Shown: one piece after another, positions 40,047 through 50,641 of the stretch | Layout: the number at the start of each line of letters is the position of its first letter | Position numbering within the stretch: position 1 is the first letter of the stretch | Source of the DNA: Nitrososphaerota archaeon | Lineage (GTDB): Archaea > Thermoproteota > Nitrososphaeria > Nitrososphaerales > Nitrosopumilaceae | Reading direction: 5' to 3' | Length of the DNA stretch: 64,000 nt | NCBI GenBank assembly: GCA_028867675.1 | Contig: JAGWGA010000001.1 | Coordinates: forward strand, 11,667-75,666 | Notes under the pieces: generated by a model | The model's database searches: none | The model's input: the letters and a program-made list of their open reading frames with translations, nothing else | What the model was told of the DNA's origin: nothing | Position numbers and translations under genes: made by a program

Positions 40047-40397
40047 ATGAAGACCAGAATGACATACATTTCAGTAGAAATGGCAGATCACTTTTCAGAT
40101 TTCATAATAAAAAGAGACGAACAAATACTTGATGCAGTAAAGGCAAGAACTAGAGATTTTAGCACTATTTCCATCCTAAAACTATTGTACCAACTAAAAT
40201 GTAGTCCCATGACCTTCTCTGATCTGTATGTAAAATCAAACATCAGAATGAAAAGATCGTTTCTAAACTACCTACACTTGTGCGTATCATATAATTTCGT
40301 GAGAAAGGAACCAGTTGGATCAAATATGGTATACTCCATAACAGACAAGGGAAGAACAATGCTTGAGTTATTCATGCAAAAAAGCATCAAGACATAA
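40047..40397 (+). CDS. winged-helix DNA-binding protein (hypothetical regulator)
   Basis: 116 aa. ILKLLYQLKCSPMTFSDLYVKSNIRMKRSFLNYLHLCVSYNFVRKE..YSITDKG fits the helix-turn-helix-wing layout. Confidence 0.45.
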   Translation: MKTRMTYISVEMADHFSDFIIKRDEQILDAVKARTRDFSTISILKLLYQLKCSPMTFSDLYVKSNIRMKRSFLNYLHLCVSYNFVRKEPVGSNMVYSITDKGRTMLELFMQKSIKT

Positions 40398-40429
40398 TTC
40401 TTTTATTCCAATCACATAGAGCAGATTCA

Positions 40430-41449
40430 TTGGTAATTACTTACAAAGATGCAGGTATTGACATCAGCAAGATAAAGAAGAGTCAGGTAAGCATAGGAAA
40501 ACTCATTGCATCAACCCACAAGTTACAAAAAAAGGCCAAGACAATGTCTGGATTTGGGCATTATGCAGGAATCGTAGAGATACCAGGAGGAACATTATTA
40601 GCAACACATACTGATGGTGTAGGAACCAAAATCATGATTGCTCAAGCTATGAAAAAGTATGATACTGTGGGAATAGACTGTGTTGCAATGAATGTAAACG
40701 ACATAATATGTACAGGTGCAGTCCCTATTTCTTTTGTTGATTACATTGCAGCAAATAGAAATGACCAAACAATATTCAAACAAATAGTCGTAGGTCTTGT
40801 AAAAGGTGCAAAAGAAGCTCAGGTGCCCATAGTAGGAGGAGAGACTGCGATAATGCCTGATTTGTTACCAGGAAAAAATTTCTCATTTGATTTGGCAGGA
40901 ATGGTTGTAGGAATTCTTAACAAACATGATATGATACTAGGAAATAAAATAAAAACTGGGAATACCATAATTGGAATTAACAGTAGTGGATTACATTCAA
41001 ACGGATATTCTCTTGCAAGAAAATCTCTTTCAAAATACACCATAAATGAAAAGATAAAGGGTTTAGGAGTTTTAGGTGATACCCTTCTTACACCTACCAA
41101 GATCTACGTCAAGCCAGTTCTTCAAGCCATCAAAGAATGCAATATCAACGGGCTTGCACACATAACTGGCGGCTCATTTACCAAGCTTTTGAGATTAAAA
41201 AATACTGGATTTATGCTTGATAATCTACCAGAACCATTACCAATATTTCAAACGATACAGAATCAAGGCGTAGAAAAGGAAGAGATGTACAAGACATTTA
41301 ACATGGGAATTGGATTTTGCCTGATTGCACCAAAAGATGAAGAGGTTAGAATATCCCAGATATTCAAAAAACATGGACTTCATAGCAGGTCAATTGGTAA
41401 AATAATTGAGAAAAAAGGCGTGTACATTGACAGACTAAGAATAGCATAA
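40430..41449 (+). CDS. purM: phosphoribosylformylglycinamidine cyclo-ligase (AIR synthetase)
   Basis: 339 aa. ATHTDGVGTK and VGGETA motifs. TTG start. Confidence 0.9.
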   Translation: MVITYKDAGIDISKIKKSQVSIGKLIASTHKLQKKAKTMSGFGHYAGIVEIPGGTLLATHTDGVGTKIMIAQAMKKYDTVGIDCVAMNVNDIICTGAVPISFVDYIAANRNDQTIFKQIVVGLVKGAKEAQVPIVGGETAIMPDLLPGKNFSFDLAGMVVGILNKHDMILGNKIKTGNTIIGINSSGLHSNGYSLARKSLSKYTINEKIKGLGVLGDTLLTPTKIYVKPVLQAIKECNINGLAHITGGSFTKLLRLKNTGFMLDNLPEPLPIFQTIQNQGVEKEEMYKTFNMGIGFCLIAPKDEEVRISQIFKKHGLHSRSIGKIIEKKGVYIDRLRIA

Positions 41450-41524
41450 TTACATGTAAAAATAGAAAACCACTTTGATGTGTTCTAGATTAGGATTTAA
41501 TACCCAAATTCATTCTAAGAAGGC

Positions 41525-43111
41525 GTGCAAAAAGCAGGAGTAACATTTGAAGATGCATGTAAAGAGATATCAGATAATCTTCTTTCCATTTCAAATCCTA
41601 CTGAAAAGGATGCAAAAAAGGAAGTAAAACGAATTTGTATAAAATATGCTTTAGAGAGAATTCCAAGAAATTATGAGATACTTGCACATGCAACAGGTCA
41701 GGAATACATCAAACTGCAAAAGGCTCTGGTGAGAAAACCTGTCAAGACGGCATCTGGTGTTGCAGTAATCGCATTGATGCCAAAGCCATATGCATGTCCG
41801 CATGGAAGATGCAGTTATTGTCCTGGAGGCATAGAGTTTAACACTCCAAATAGTTACACAGGTCGAGAACCTTCAACTCAAAATGCCATTGCAAACAGAT
41901 ATGATCCAAAAAAACAGATTCTTGACAAACTTGAACATCTAATAGCATATGGTCATGACAGTACAAAACTAGAACTTGTAATAGTTGGCGGAACTTTTCT
42001 TTTCATGCCTCGTACATATCAAATAGATTTTATCAAATCATGTTATGACGCATTAAACGGATTTGATTCTCTAGATTTAGAAATAGCCAAGAAAAACAAT
42101 GAGAAGACAAATTTTAGAAATGTAGGATTTACAATAGAAACCAAACCAGATTATTGCAAAAAAGAACACGTAGATTGGATGCTAGAGTATGGTGTGACAA
42201 GAGTAGAGATAGGAGTACAAAGTCTTCATGATAGGGTGTATGAACTAGTAAACAGAGGACACACATACAAAGACGTTATAGAATCATTTGAGATATCAAA
42301 AGATGCTGGTTACAAGATTGTAGCTCATATGATGCCAGGACTTCCATCAATGACTCCAGAAGAAGACATTACGGATTTTAAGAAGTTATTTTCCGACCCC
42401 GACTTACGCCCAGACATGTTAAAGATTTATCCAACTTTAGTTTTAGAGGATACACCACTTTATGCAACGTATAAGGAAGGAAAATTTACACCGTATTCTG
42501 ATGATGAAATGGTAAAGGTCTTGACTGAAATAAAAAAAATCATTCCAAGATGGGCAAGAATTATGAGAGTTCAAAGAGAGATATCATCAGATCAGATAAT
42601 TGCAGGTCCAAAGCTTGGAAACTTGCGTCAGATTGTACAGCAGAATCTAAAAAAACAAAACGTGTCATGCAAATGCATTAGATGCAGAGAAGCAGGATTG
42701 TCTGAGAATATCATAAACATTGATGATATAAAATTGCACAGAGAAAATTATGATTCTTCTGGCGGAAAAGAAGTATTCTTATCATATGACGATTCACGTG
42801 ATAAAATATTTGGGTTTTTAAGATTAAGAAAACCAAGTGATAAAGCACATAGAAGTGAAGTCTCTGGAAATACTACCATAGTAAGAGAACTTCATGTTTA
42901 TGGCAAGTCATTAAAATTAGGTGAAAGAGACCAAGACAGCATACAACATTTAGGACTAGGAAAGAATTTGATGAGTGAGGCAGAAAAGATTTCAAAGGAA
43001 GAGTTTGATTCAAAGAGATTGCTAGTTATTAGTGCAGTAGGTACAAGAGAATATTATAGGAAACTAGGATATACACAACTTGGCGCATACATGTCAAAGG
43101 ATTTGAAATAA
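41525..43111 (+). CDS. elp3: Elp3-type tRNA uridine(34) acetyltransferase (radical SAM plus GNAT)
   Basis: 528 aa. CPHGRCSYCPGG cluster, radical-SAM core and C-terminal GNAT segment (QHLGLGKNLMSEAEKI). GTG start. Confidence 0.9.
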   Translation: MQKAGVTFEDACKEISDNLLSISNPTEKDAKKEVKRICIKYALERIPRNYEILAHATGQEYIKLQKALVRKPVKTASGVAVIALMPKPYACPHGRCSYCPGGIEFNTPNSYTGREPSTQNAIANRYDPKKQILDKLEHLIAYGHDSTKLELVIVGGTFLFMPRTYQIDFIKSCYDALNGFDSLDLEIAKKNNEKTNFRNVGFTIETKPDYCKKEHVDWMLEYGVTRVEIGVQSLHDRVYELVNRGHTYKDVIESFEISKDAGYKIVAHMMPGLPSMTPEEDITDFKKLFSDPDLRPDMLKIYPTLVLEDTPLYATYKEGKFTPYSDDEMVKVLTEIKKIIPRWARIMRVQREISSDQIIAGPKLGNLRQIVQQNLKKQNVSCKCIRCREAGLSENIINIDDIKLHRENYDSSGGKEVFLSYDDSRDKIFGFLRLRKPSDKAHRSEVSGNTTIVRELHVYGKSLKLGERDQDSIQHLGLGKNLMSEAEKISKEEFDSKRLLVISAVGTREYYRKLGYTQLGAYMSKDLK

Positions 43112-44700
43112 TGGAAGAAGATCAACAAATCATTGGCAGAGGAACTTGGATTGACAAACTTGCACATGAGCTTTTAGAGAGAGAGAAAGCCCTTGGAAGA
43201 AATACAGATTTAATCAGAGTGGAAAGTGGACTTGGGGCGTCTGGAATTCCACATATTGGAAGTTTGGGTGATGCAGTTAGAGCATACGGAGTCAAACTTG
43301 CATTAGAGAATTTTGGATACAAGTCGGAATTAATTGCATACTCGGATGATTTGGACGGGTTACGCAAGATTCCAGAAGGACTGCCAGAATCATTAAAGGA
43401 ACATATTGGAAAACCAGTCTCTTTTATTCCAGATCCATTTGGATGTCATGATTCTTACGGCCTGCATATGAGCAGTCTACTTTTAGATGGTCTTGATAAG
43501 CTTGGAATAGAATACAAGTTTCAACGAGGTCTTGATACATACAAAGACGGATTACTCAAAGATCAGATTCATAAAATTTTAACAAATAGCAAAAAAATTG
43601 GTGAAAAGATAGCCGAGATGGTAGGTCAGGAAAAATATCAAGAAGCCCTACCATATTTTCCGGTATGCGCAAATTGTGGCAAGCTATACACTGCTATATC
43701 ATACGAGTATTTGTCCGATGAGAAGAAGATCAAATACAAGTGTTCAGATACAACAATTGGTTCCAAGCCATTACAGGGGTGTGGTCATGAAGGAATTGCA
43801 GACATTACAAAAGATTTAGGCAAACTTCCCTGGAAGGTAGAATTTGCAGCAAGATGGCAGGCATTTGATATCAGATTTGAGGCGTATGGAAAGGACATTA
43901 TGGATTCAGTAAAGGTAAATGACTGGGTGGCAGAAAAGATTTTGAACTTTCCTCCCCCTACGCATGTAAAGTATGAGATGTTTTTAGACAAGGGTGGAAA
44001 AAAGATATCAAAATCACTTGGAAATGTACTGACCTCACAGGCCTGGTTACGATACGGAACTCCAAAAACAATTTTACTATTACTTTACAAAAGAATTACA
44101 GGAGCACGTGAAGTCGGCATTGACGACATACCTGCTTTGATGGATGAATATAATGAACTTGAGAATATTTATTTTGGAAAGATAAAACTGGACAATGAAA
44201 CCAAAGTGGTAAGATCAAAGGGACTATACGAATATGTCAATCTGTTAAATCCTCCCAAGACCCAAAGCCCATATGTAAATTACAGATTATTAATTCAGCT
44301 CTGCAGCATATTTAGAGAGAATAGAATTGCACTTGTTACAAAAAAACTATTAGAATATGGAACAATAAAAGAATCAAGCAAAGAAATAGAGCAACTCATC
44401 ACTCTTGCTGGAAATTATGCTGATGATTATGACAATCCAACAAAAGTAGAAATTCAATTAGATAATACTTCAAAAAATGTTTTAACTCATTTGGTAAGTA
44501 TATTATCTGCTGAAGAAGAACCAGTAGATCTTCAAAATACCATATATCAAATTGCAAAAGAAAAAGGCATGCAACCAAAGGATCTTTTTAGAATATTATA
44601 TCAAATAATACTAGCATCAGACAGAGGACCAAAAATCGGACCCTTGATTATAGACATTGGAAGAAAGAAGGTATCTTCCTCAATTTCAGAGTACTTGTAA
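43111..44700 (+). CDS. lysK: lysyl-tRNA synthetase, class I
   Basis: 529 aa. HIGH-type motif GIPHIGSLGD and KMSKS-type KISKSLGN. ATGA-type junction with elp3. Confidence 0.9.
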   Translation: MEEDQQIIGRGTWIDKLAHELLEREKALGRNTDLIRVESGLGASGIPHIGSLGDAVRAYGVKLALENFGYKSELIAYSDDLDGLRKIPEGLPESLKEHIGKPVSFIPDPFGCHDSYGLHMSSLLLDGLDKLGIEYKFQRGLDTYKDGLLKDQIHKILTNSKKIGEKIAEMVGQEKYQEALPYFPVCANCGKLYTAISYEYLSDEKKIKYKCSDTTIGSKPLQGCGHEGIADITKDLGKLPWKVEFAARWQAFDIRFEAYGKDIMDSVKVNDWVAEKILNFPPPTHVKYEMFLDKGGKKISKSLGNVLTSQAWLRYGTPKTILLLLYKRITGAREVGIDDIPALMDEYNELENIYFGKIKLDNETKVVRSKGLYEYVNLLNPPKTQSPYVNYRLLIQLCSIFRENRIALVTKKLLEYGTIKESSKEIEQLITLAGNYADDYDNPTKVEIQLDNTSKNVLTHLVSILSAEEEPVDLQNTIYQIAKEKGMQPKDLFRILYQIILASDRGPKIGPLIIDIGRKKVSSSISEYL

Positions 44701-44703
44701 ATC

Positions 44704-44892
44704 ATGGCCCATAGTGAACACAACAGACCCAAGGGAACCGGAATAATACTAATTGCAATAGGAATTTTGATCTTTTTTCTGGCTCCAAAGTTTTTCAAAC
44801 AAGACCTCATAGGAGGCCTGAGTGCAATCATTATCGGTTTTGTTTCAGGCGGAATTGGCTTTTACATTGCATTTTTGAAAAAAAGAGTCTAA
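44704..44892 (+). CDS. small two-TM membrane protein (hypothetical)
   Basis: 62 aa with two hydrophobic helices. Starts 4 nt after the lysK stop. Confidence 0.45.
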   Translation: MAHSEHNRPKGTGIILIAIGILIFFLAPKFFKQDLIGGLSAIIIGFVSGGIGFYIAFLKKRV

Positions 44893-44948
44893 TTTCAAGC
44901 ACAAACTAAAAGGAATACTTTTCTTACCTTCAAACCAAAGTTATTTCA

Positions 44949-45755
44949 ATGGGATTGTTTGGGCGTGCAAAAAAGGATGATGGTAGATTAGAAGACATCA
45001 AGCGAGAGGCAGTTGAAGATACTTCAGATGTCAAAGAATTATCAGAATTAAAAAAAGAAATACAAAATGCAGCAATAACTTTAGAATCACATGTTCACGA
45101 ATTAGAAAAAGTAAAGTCAGAGCTTGACACAATGACTCAGGAATTAAAAAAATCTAAAGAAGAGTTGGAATTTACACGAAATGACATACAGACAATAAAA
45201 AAAGAAAAAGATTCCACATTAGACCAGATAAAAACTGCAAAGGAAGAACTAGAACTAATCAAACCACTACATGCTCAAGAGCAAATAGAACAAGTTAAAG
45301 AACAGATTAATGCAGTCAAAGAAGAATTATCAAAAATAAATTCTGAAAAAGAATCAGCATTGTCTGAACTAGAATCTATAAAATTTAACATGCATAACAT
45401 CAAAGAAGAATACGAGAAAATTTTATCCTCTAAAGAAATGGAAGAAGAAGAAATAGAGTCGTTAAAGGCTCAGCACGAAATGAAGAAGAAAGAGATCCAA
45501 TTATCCAAAAAAGAACTAGAATTTATCGAAACAGAACTTGCCACAGTTGGAAGAAGTGATAGTACAAAGAAAATTGTTGAAGCTGCGGGAGCTGTTGCTG
45601 CAGCAATTAATGCAAAATATGAAGGAACCAAAAAAGAACTAGAAATTATCAAGATGGCTCTTGAAAGAACAAAAGAAGAGTACGAATCGGCAAAAAAAGA
45701 AGCAGAAGTACTAAAAAGCAAAATCAGCGAAAAAAACATTGCATCGAAAACATAG
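44949..45755 (+). CDS. coiled-coil protein (hypothetical)
   Basis: 268 aa, E/K/L-rich, with repeated KEELE/KKELE heptads. Confidence 0.5.
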   Translation: MGLFGRAKKDDGRLEDIKREAVEDTSDVKELSELKKEIQNAAITLESHVHELEKVKSELDTMTQELKKSKEELEFTRNDIQTIKKEKDSTLDQIKTAKEELELIKPLHAQEQIEQVKEQINAVKEELSKINSEKESALSELESIKFNMHNIKEEYEKILSSKEMEEEEIESLKAQHEMKKKEIQLSKKELEFIETELATVGRSDSTKKIVEAAGAVAAAINAKYEGTKKELEIIKMALERTKEEYESAKKEAEVLKSKISEKNIASKT

Positions 45756-45815
45756 TATACAAAAACAGAGAGTGAAATTAGACATCTTTTTAAGATATGA
45801 TACATACACAGTCCT

Positions 45816-46046
45816 GTGAACGAGGCTTTTGTCTTATTAAATGTCGATTATAAAAAACAACAAAATGTAATCGAGGCTGCAAAAAAGATCCCAATAGTTA
45901 AAGCAGTAAAGCCAGTTTATGGAATGTATGATGTAATAGTAATTCTCGAATCATCAAATATGCAAGATATCAAGGCTGCAATTGATGGAAATCTTCACAA
46001 AATTGATGGAATAAACAATCTTACCTCACTTATCTCTGTAAACTAA
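45816..46046 (+). CDS. stand-alone Lrp/AsnC-type ligand-binding (RAM) domain protein
   Basis: 76 aa. AFVLLNVD...KPVYGMYDVIVILESSNMQDI aligns by eye with 39689..39925. Stop lies 1 nt before the trxB-like start. Confidence 0.6.
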   Translation: MNEAFVLLNVDYKKQQNVIEAAKKIPIVKAVKPVYGMYDVIVILESSNMQDIKAAIDGNLHKIDGINNLTSLISVN

Positions 46047-46047
46047 A

Positions 46048-47022
46048 TTGCCTCAAGAATATGAAATTATAATAGTTGGGGGTGGACCTGCTGGACTATC
46101 AGCAGGAATATTTATTGCAAGGCAAAAAGTATCGTGTTTATTAATTTCAAAAGATTTGGGAGGGCAGCTAAATCTCATTCCAAAGCTTGAAAATTATCCG
46201 GGGACTATAATGTCAAGTGGACCATTACTTGCAAAGACTCTAGAAAATCAATTCTTAATGTTTGGCGGCGAAATGATTTATGACACTGTGGAAAGAGTTG
46301 ATGAAGTTGAATCAGGAATTAAAGTTAAGACAACACGCTCTGAATTTACAGCTAAAGCCATAGTTGTTGCACCAGGTAAAGTACCAAATAATCTAGGTGT
46401 TGAAAATGAATCTGCATTTGTAAATAAAGGAATACACTATTGTACAAAATGTGATGCGCCGTTTTATCAAGGCAAGACAACTGCAGTGATTGGAGTAGGC
46501 GCATATCTTTTAGAATCAGGCATTTTACTTTCCAGAATGGCATCAAAGATTTACATGATATACAAAGGTGGAGCATTAGGGGGAGATAAAGAAATGATCG
46601 CAGCAATTGAAAAGAAAGAAAACATAGAACTTGTTCCCCAGTCTTCTGTCAAGTCCATATCCGGTGGAAATAATCTCCAGACGATAACCATAGTTGATAA
46701 TTCAGGAACTGAAAAAGTTGTCAATGTAGACGGGCTTTTTGTAGAGATGGGGTCAAAGATAAATCTCGATTTTATAAAACACATCGTAAAACTTAACACG
46801 AAAAATGAAATAGAGGTTGAAAGTGATGGAAAGACGTCTCATCCTGCCATATTTGCAGCAGGAGATGCCTCAAGTATTCCTTACAAGCAGATTGTGGCAG
46901 CTTGTTCCGGAGGGGCCAATGCCGGATTATCTGCATTCAATTACGTTGAAAAACTCAAGGGAAGACCGGGAATACGAGCCGATTGGAAGAAGACAATCGG
47001 AGATACAGTATTTCATTACTAG
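46048..47022 (+). CDS. trxB: thioredoxin-reductase-like FAD/NAD(P) disulfide oxidoreductase
   Basis: 324 aa. IIIVGGGPAGLSAG dinucleotide fold, redox CTKCDAPFY (CxxC where TrxR has CATCD), second GxGxxx fold VIGVGAYLLE and FAAGDA. Confidence 0.75.
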   Translation: MPQEYEIIIVGGGPAGLSAGIFIARQKVSCLLISKDLGGQLNLIPKLENYPGTIMSSGPLLAKTLENQFLMFGGEMIYDTVERVDEVESGIKVKTTRSEFTAKAIVVAPGKVPNNLGVENESAFVNKGIHYCTKCDAPFYQGKTTAVIGVGAYLLESGILLSRMASKIYMIYKGGALGGDKEMIAAIEKKENIELVPQSSVKSISGGNNLQTITIVDNSGTEKVVNVDGLFVEMGSKINLDFIKHIVKLNTKNEIEVESDGKTSHPAIFAAGDASSIPYKQIVAACSGGANAGLSAFNYVEKLKGRPGIRADWKKTIGDTVFHY

Positions 47023-47050
47023 TCCAACATGATACAAGATCAATTCAAGA

Positions 47051-48535
47051 CTAATGTTCAAGAATTGGAGATTTTCCAAGTTGGTTTCTTAGGAAAAGTG
47101 CAAGACATATTGACAGACATGAGATTATTGTAGCAGTTAGAAATATTAGATTATATGAGTAGGGAGTAGGAAATGAGCCAACAATTCCAGGCAATGAAGT
47201 TTTGTGTGTCTGCATGTACATTCCCGCCATAGCAGGACCAATTGATGCGCCAATTATACGAATAAGTGTACTCATCCCAAGTGACACTCCCATATCTTGT
47301 CTAGGAGTAGTCAGCATTATGACATTCATCGCACCTACATTTGTTAGTGAAAGTCCGGTTGATAGAATTGCAAGGTCTGTTGAGACTAGAAATTCTGTAG
47401 AGTGATACAAGTAGAGACTTACAAATCCAATTGTGCTGATAAGACTTCCAAGTATGATAGGTTTTGTTGAACCAAGTTTCGATACAATAAAACCAGATGT
47501 AGGTCCAAATATTAACAAGACAATTGCAAATGGAAGTTGAACATTACTAGTCATCAAAGGATTTTCCCCAAATCCCAAAGGTGAAGGGCTTCGAACAAGT
47601 ACAGGAATTGTCTGAAATACCATGAACATGGACATGCCAACAATCATTACCATTACATTAGCAGGAAGAATTGTTTTGTGTGCAAGTATTTTCATGCTAA
47701 CAAGTGGAGAGCTCGATCTTTTTTCAATGATTGCAAACAATGTAAGATAAACAATTCCAATTACAAGGAGACCAATCATTATAAGGGAGTTTGAATTATC
47801 ACCATTTTCCACCATGGTAAGTGCCATCAGAAATGCACTAATAGAAATTGTCAGAGTTATTGCCCCTGGAATATCTATTTTATTTTTAGAATCATTCCCA
47901 CTTTGACCGATTTTTTCATTCTTGCTGTGCAAATGAGGATCTTCAACATGTATGAAACGGGTGATGATTACAAGTAAAGCAACCGAGATTGGAATCATGG
48001 AGAAAAAGGTCGCTTTCCAGCCAAAATTTTGTATTATATGACCACCTGCAACTAGACCAATAACCGCTCCAGTTGCAAACATAGACGTGATTATACCTTG
48101 ACCTATGGCTAGCTTGTTTCTTGGAAATAGTTCGCGAATAATTCCAAATGCAATTGGGAACATGGACATCCCTATTCCTTGAATAATGCGAACCCCAAGC
48201 ATTTCATAGATATTTGTGACAAATCCTCCTAGTGATACTCCAAGTACATATATTGCCATTATAATTAGTAGGACTTTTTTTCGTCCGTAGATATCAGCAA
48301 GTTTGCCAGTAATAGGAGTCATAATAGCACCTGCAATCAGATAAGTAGTAAGAATCCACGATGACATGCTGTAAGATATATGGAAATCACTAATCAAGTC
48401 AGGAATGGCTGGAATCAACATAGTTTCAGCATACATTACCATCGTAGCAATCAAACTCAAGATAGCTAGAGTCTTCCATGCAGATGACGAAATTTTTTCT
48501 TGAATATTCTTATCAGTGGATTTTGATACGTCCAT
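47051..48535 (-). CDS. MFS transporter (14-TM DHA2/EmrB-like)
   Basis: 494 aa, about 14 TM helices. MFS motif A-like GKLADIYGRKK. Confidence 0.85.
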   Translation of the reverse strand: MDVSKSTDKNIQEKISSSAWKTLAILSLIATMVMYAETMLIPAIPDLISDFHISYSMSSWILTTYLIAGAIMTPITGKLADIYGRKKVLLIIMAIYVLGVSLGGFVTNIYEMLGVRIIQGIGMSMFPIAFGIIRELFPRNKLAIGQGIITSMFATGAVIGLVAGGHIIQNFGWKATFFSMIPISVALLVIITRFIHVEDPHLHSKNEKIGQSGNDSKNKIDIPGAITLTISISAFLMALTMVENGDNSNSLIMIGLLVIGIVYLTLFAIIEKRSSSPLVSMKILAHKTILPANVMVMIVGMSMFMVFQTIPVLVRSPSPLGFGENPLMTSNVQLPFAIVLLIFGPTSGFIVSKLGSTKPIILGSLISTIGFVSLYLYHSTEFLVSTDLAILSTGLSLTNVGAMNVIMLTTPRQDMGVSLGMSTLIRIIGASIGPAMAGMYMQTHKTSLPGIVGSFPTPYSYNLIFLTATIISCLSICLALFLRNQLGKSPILEH

Positions 48536-48540
48536 TTAGA

Positions 48541-49053
48541 TCATACGTTCCTTTTGTTTCCCTTTATGGACAAAATTGTTTTATCCAATTCAAAAAATGT
48601 TGACAAGTTTACAGATATTTTACGAAGTGTATCAAGAGTTATTTCAATATCACTTTCTGAAATATTTTTAGTTGAAGATTTTCTTATTTTTAGAGCACAA
48701 TCGATCATAGATGTCCACAAAGAATCAGCTTTTGGTGTAAGATAGATTCTGTTTACTCTCCTATCAGTTGAATCTTGTTTTCTTTTTAGCAATCCTTCCT
48801 TTTCCATTTTATCAATTACTGGAACCAATGTTGCCCCTTCAATTCCCATTTTATCAGCAATCTCTTTTTGTGTAAGACCGGGTTGTAATACTAGTGCACT
48901 GACTACACGCCATTGGCTAATAGTAACACCAACATTTTTTCTAAGCTCAATATCCAAGGATCTCTGAAAAGATTTAGCTGTATTGTTTACAACAAATCCC
49001 ACACTATTTTCAAAGTCATATTTAGCCATACTTAGACTACTAATGATTAGCAT
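48541..49053 (-). CDS. MarR-family transcriptional regulator
   Basis: wHTH core ISQWRVVSALVLQPGLTQKEIADKMGIEGATLVPVIDKMEKEGLLKRKQDSTDRR. Adjacent to the MFS pump. ATG 49029 is an alternative start. Confidence 0.8.
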   Translation of the reverse strand: MLIISSLSMAKYDFENSVGFVVNNTAKSFQRSLDIELRKNVGVTISQWRVVSALVLQPGLTQKEIADKMGIEGATLVPVIDKMEKEGLLKRKQDSTDRRVNRIYLTPKADSLWTSMIDCALKIRKSSTKNISESDIEITLDTLRKISVNLSTFFELDKTILSIKGNKRNV

Positions 49054-49090
49054 ACTAATGATTATAAATATTCATTGAATAACTAACGAT

Positions 49091-49699
49091 TTGCTTATAT
49101 CTGAAGCAATCTTGAATGCAATTATGAGTAAAGAACCAAACGTAGTAGGAGTAAAAGTCCTAGAACAAAACGGTGTCAATGTAAAAGAGCTAATAGAGGC
49201 CCTAGTATACAATGCATCAGTAGAGTTTACGGCATACTATTACTTCACAAATCTTAGAGCCCATTGTGTAGGAATGGAAGGAGAGGCGCTCAAAGGAGTA
49301 ATCGAGGATGCAAGAATGGAAGACCTTAGTCATTTTGAATCTTGTCTGTCTAGAATCTATGAGCTTGGAGGAAAACTACCATTAGATGCTCAGGATTTTA
49401 TCAAGATGTCAGGCTGTGAGTTTCTAACACTTCCAACAAATCCAATTGATACAAAAGCAATTTTGGAAAAATGTCTAAAGGCAGAACAAGGTGCTATTGT
49501 AAATTGGAATAAAGTATGCATAATGACACATGGAAAAGATCCAGCTACATATGATGTTGCAAAAGACATCTTAAGAGAGGAGATAGAACATGAGGCATGG
49601 TTTCTGGAATTACTTTATTCAAGACCATCTGGTCACATGAGAAGAAAATTCCCAGGAGAAAGACCTCATACCCATAAGCATTCAAGAGCTTTGGGTTAA
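49091..49699 (+). CDS. ferritin-like di-iron protein (Dps-like/bacterioferritin-like)
   Basis: Two ExxH-type ligand motifs (EDARMEDLSHFE, EEIEHEAWF) in a four-helix pattern. ATG 49124 is an alternative start to the track TTG. Confidence 0.65.
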   Translation: MLISEAILNAIMSKEPNVVGVKVLEQNGVNVKELIEALVYNASVEFTAYYYFTNLRAHCVGMEGEALKGVIEDARMEDLSHFESCLSRIYELGGKLPLDAQDFIKMSGCEFLTLPTNPIDTKAILEKCLKAEQGAIVNWNKVCIMTHGKDPATYDVAKDILREEIEHEAWFLELLYSRPSGHMRRKFPGERPHTHKHSRALG

Positions 49700-49800
49700 A
49701 CTATTTTTTATTTCATTTTTTATTTTACCATATTGTCATGTAGATTTTTATTAAAGGATGAGATAAATATCTACAAACAAACTAGAAACAGGATTACATA

Positions 49801-50307
49801 TTGATAATTATAATATGTGGCTTGCCAGGGGTTGGAAAAAGCACACTTGCAAAAAACCTGGCTCCAATGATTAACGCTACTATTTTATCGTCAGATAAAA
49901 TTAGAAAGGAGTTATTTTTAAATCCAACGTATTCTCCATTTGAACGAAAGCTAGTCTATGATGTGATGATAATCGTGGCGAAATATCTCAATGAGACAGG
50001 AAACAATTGCATACTTGATGCCACATTTAACAGAGATGATTCCAGATTAGAAATAAAAAATAAACTACAACTCCGTGATAAAGAATTTCAAATTGTAGAA
50101 TGTTTTTGTCATGAAGAGGTTGTGATTTCTAGGCTAGAATCTCGTAAAGATGATTATTCAGACGCAACTATAGAAGTATATCAAAGGATGAAAAATATCT
50201 ATGAGCCAGTAACAATTGAACACATCAGTGTAGATACAGCAATTTCCCCACTAGAAAACTCTCAAAGAATAGTTGAAGAGATAAAGAGAAAAACTCAGAT
50301 TTTGTAG
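49801..50307 (+). CDS. P-loop kinase-like protein (AAA_33 / zeta-toxin-like fold)
   Basis: 168 aa. Walker A ICGLPGVGKST at the N-terminus and an Asp in ILDATF. TTG start. Confidence 0.6.
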   Translation: MIIIICGLPGVGKSTLAKNLAPMINATILSSDKIRKELFLNPTYSPFERKLVYDVMIIVAKYLNETGNNCILDATFNRDDSRLEIKNKLQLRDKEFQIVECFCHEEVVISRLESRKDDYSDATIEVYQRMKNIYEPVTIEHISVDTAISPLENSQRIVEEIKRKTQIL

Positions 50308-50311
50308 ATTT

Positions 50312-50452
50312 TCAGTCTTTATGTTGATGCTTGCCTAGCCTACAAATTGAACATATGTATTTTCCATCTTTTTCAGGAGTCATAAGCACAGAGTTACAAT
50401 GACATTCAGTACATTGACATTTTGTGGCCATATTAGTATCAGAGTAACTCAT
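50312..50452 (-). CDS. Cys-rich micro-protein (46 aa), putative metal-binding
   Basis: Not in the ORF track. The minus strand reads MSYSDTNMATKCQCTECHCNSVLMTPEKDGKYICSICRLGKHQHKD, with a CxCxxCxC cluster, a CxxC pair and a His-rich tail. Confidence 0.35.
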   Translation of the reverse strand: MSYSDTNMATKCQCTECHCNSVLMTPEKDGKYICSICRLGKHQHKD

Positions 50453-50641
50453 AATTCTTAATATTTTCGTCCGAGATAATGAATTAACATATCATCATAC
50501 AATACAGAAAATCAACAATATTGAAAAGAGATGTTTGGAATGTCATCAGTAGTAATATTTACTTCAATTAATTAGCACAAGTTAACCACTGAAAAAATCA
50601 GAAGTTATAAAACCAAAATTATTGTAGTTTTTCTCAATATA

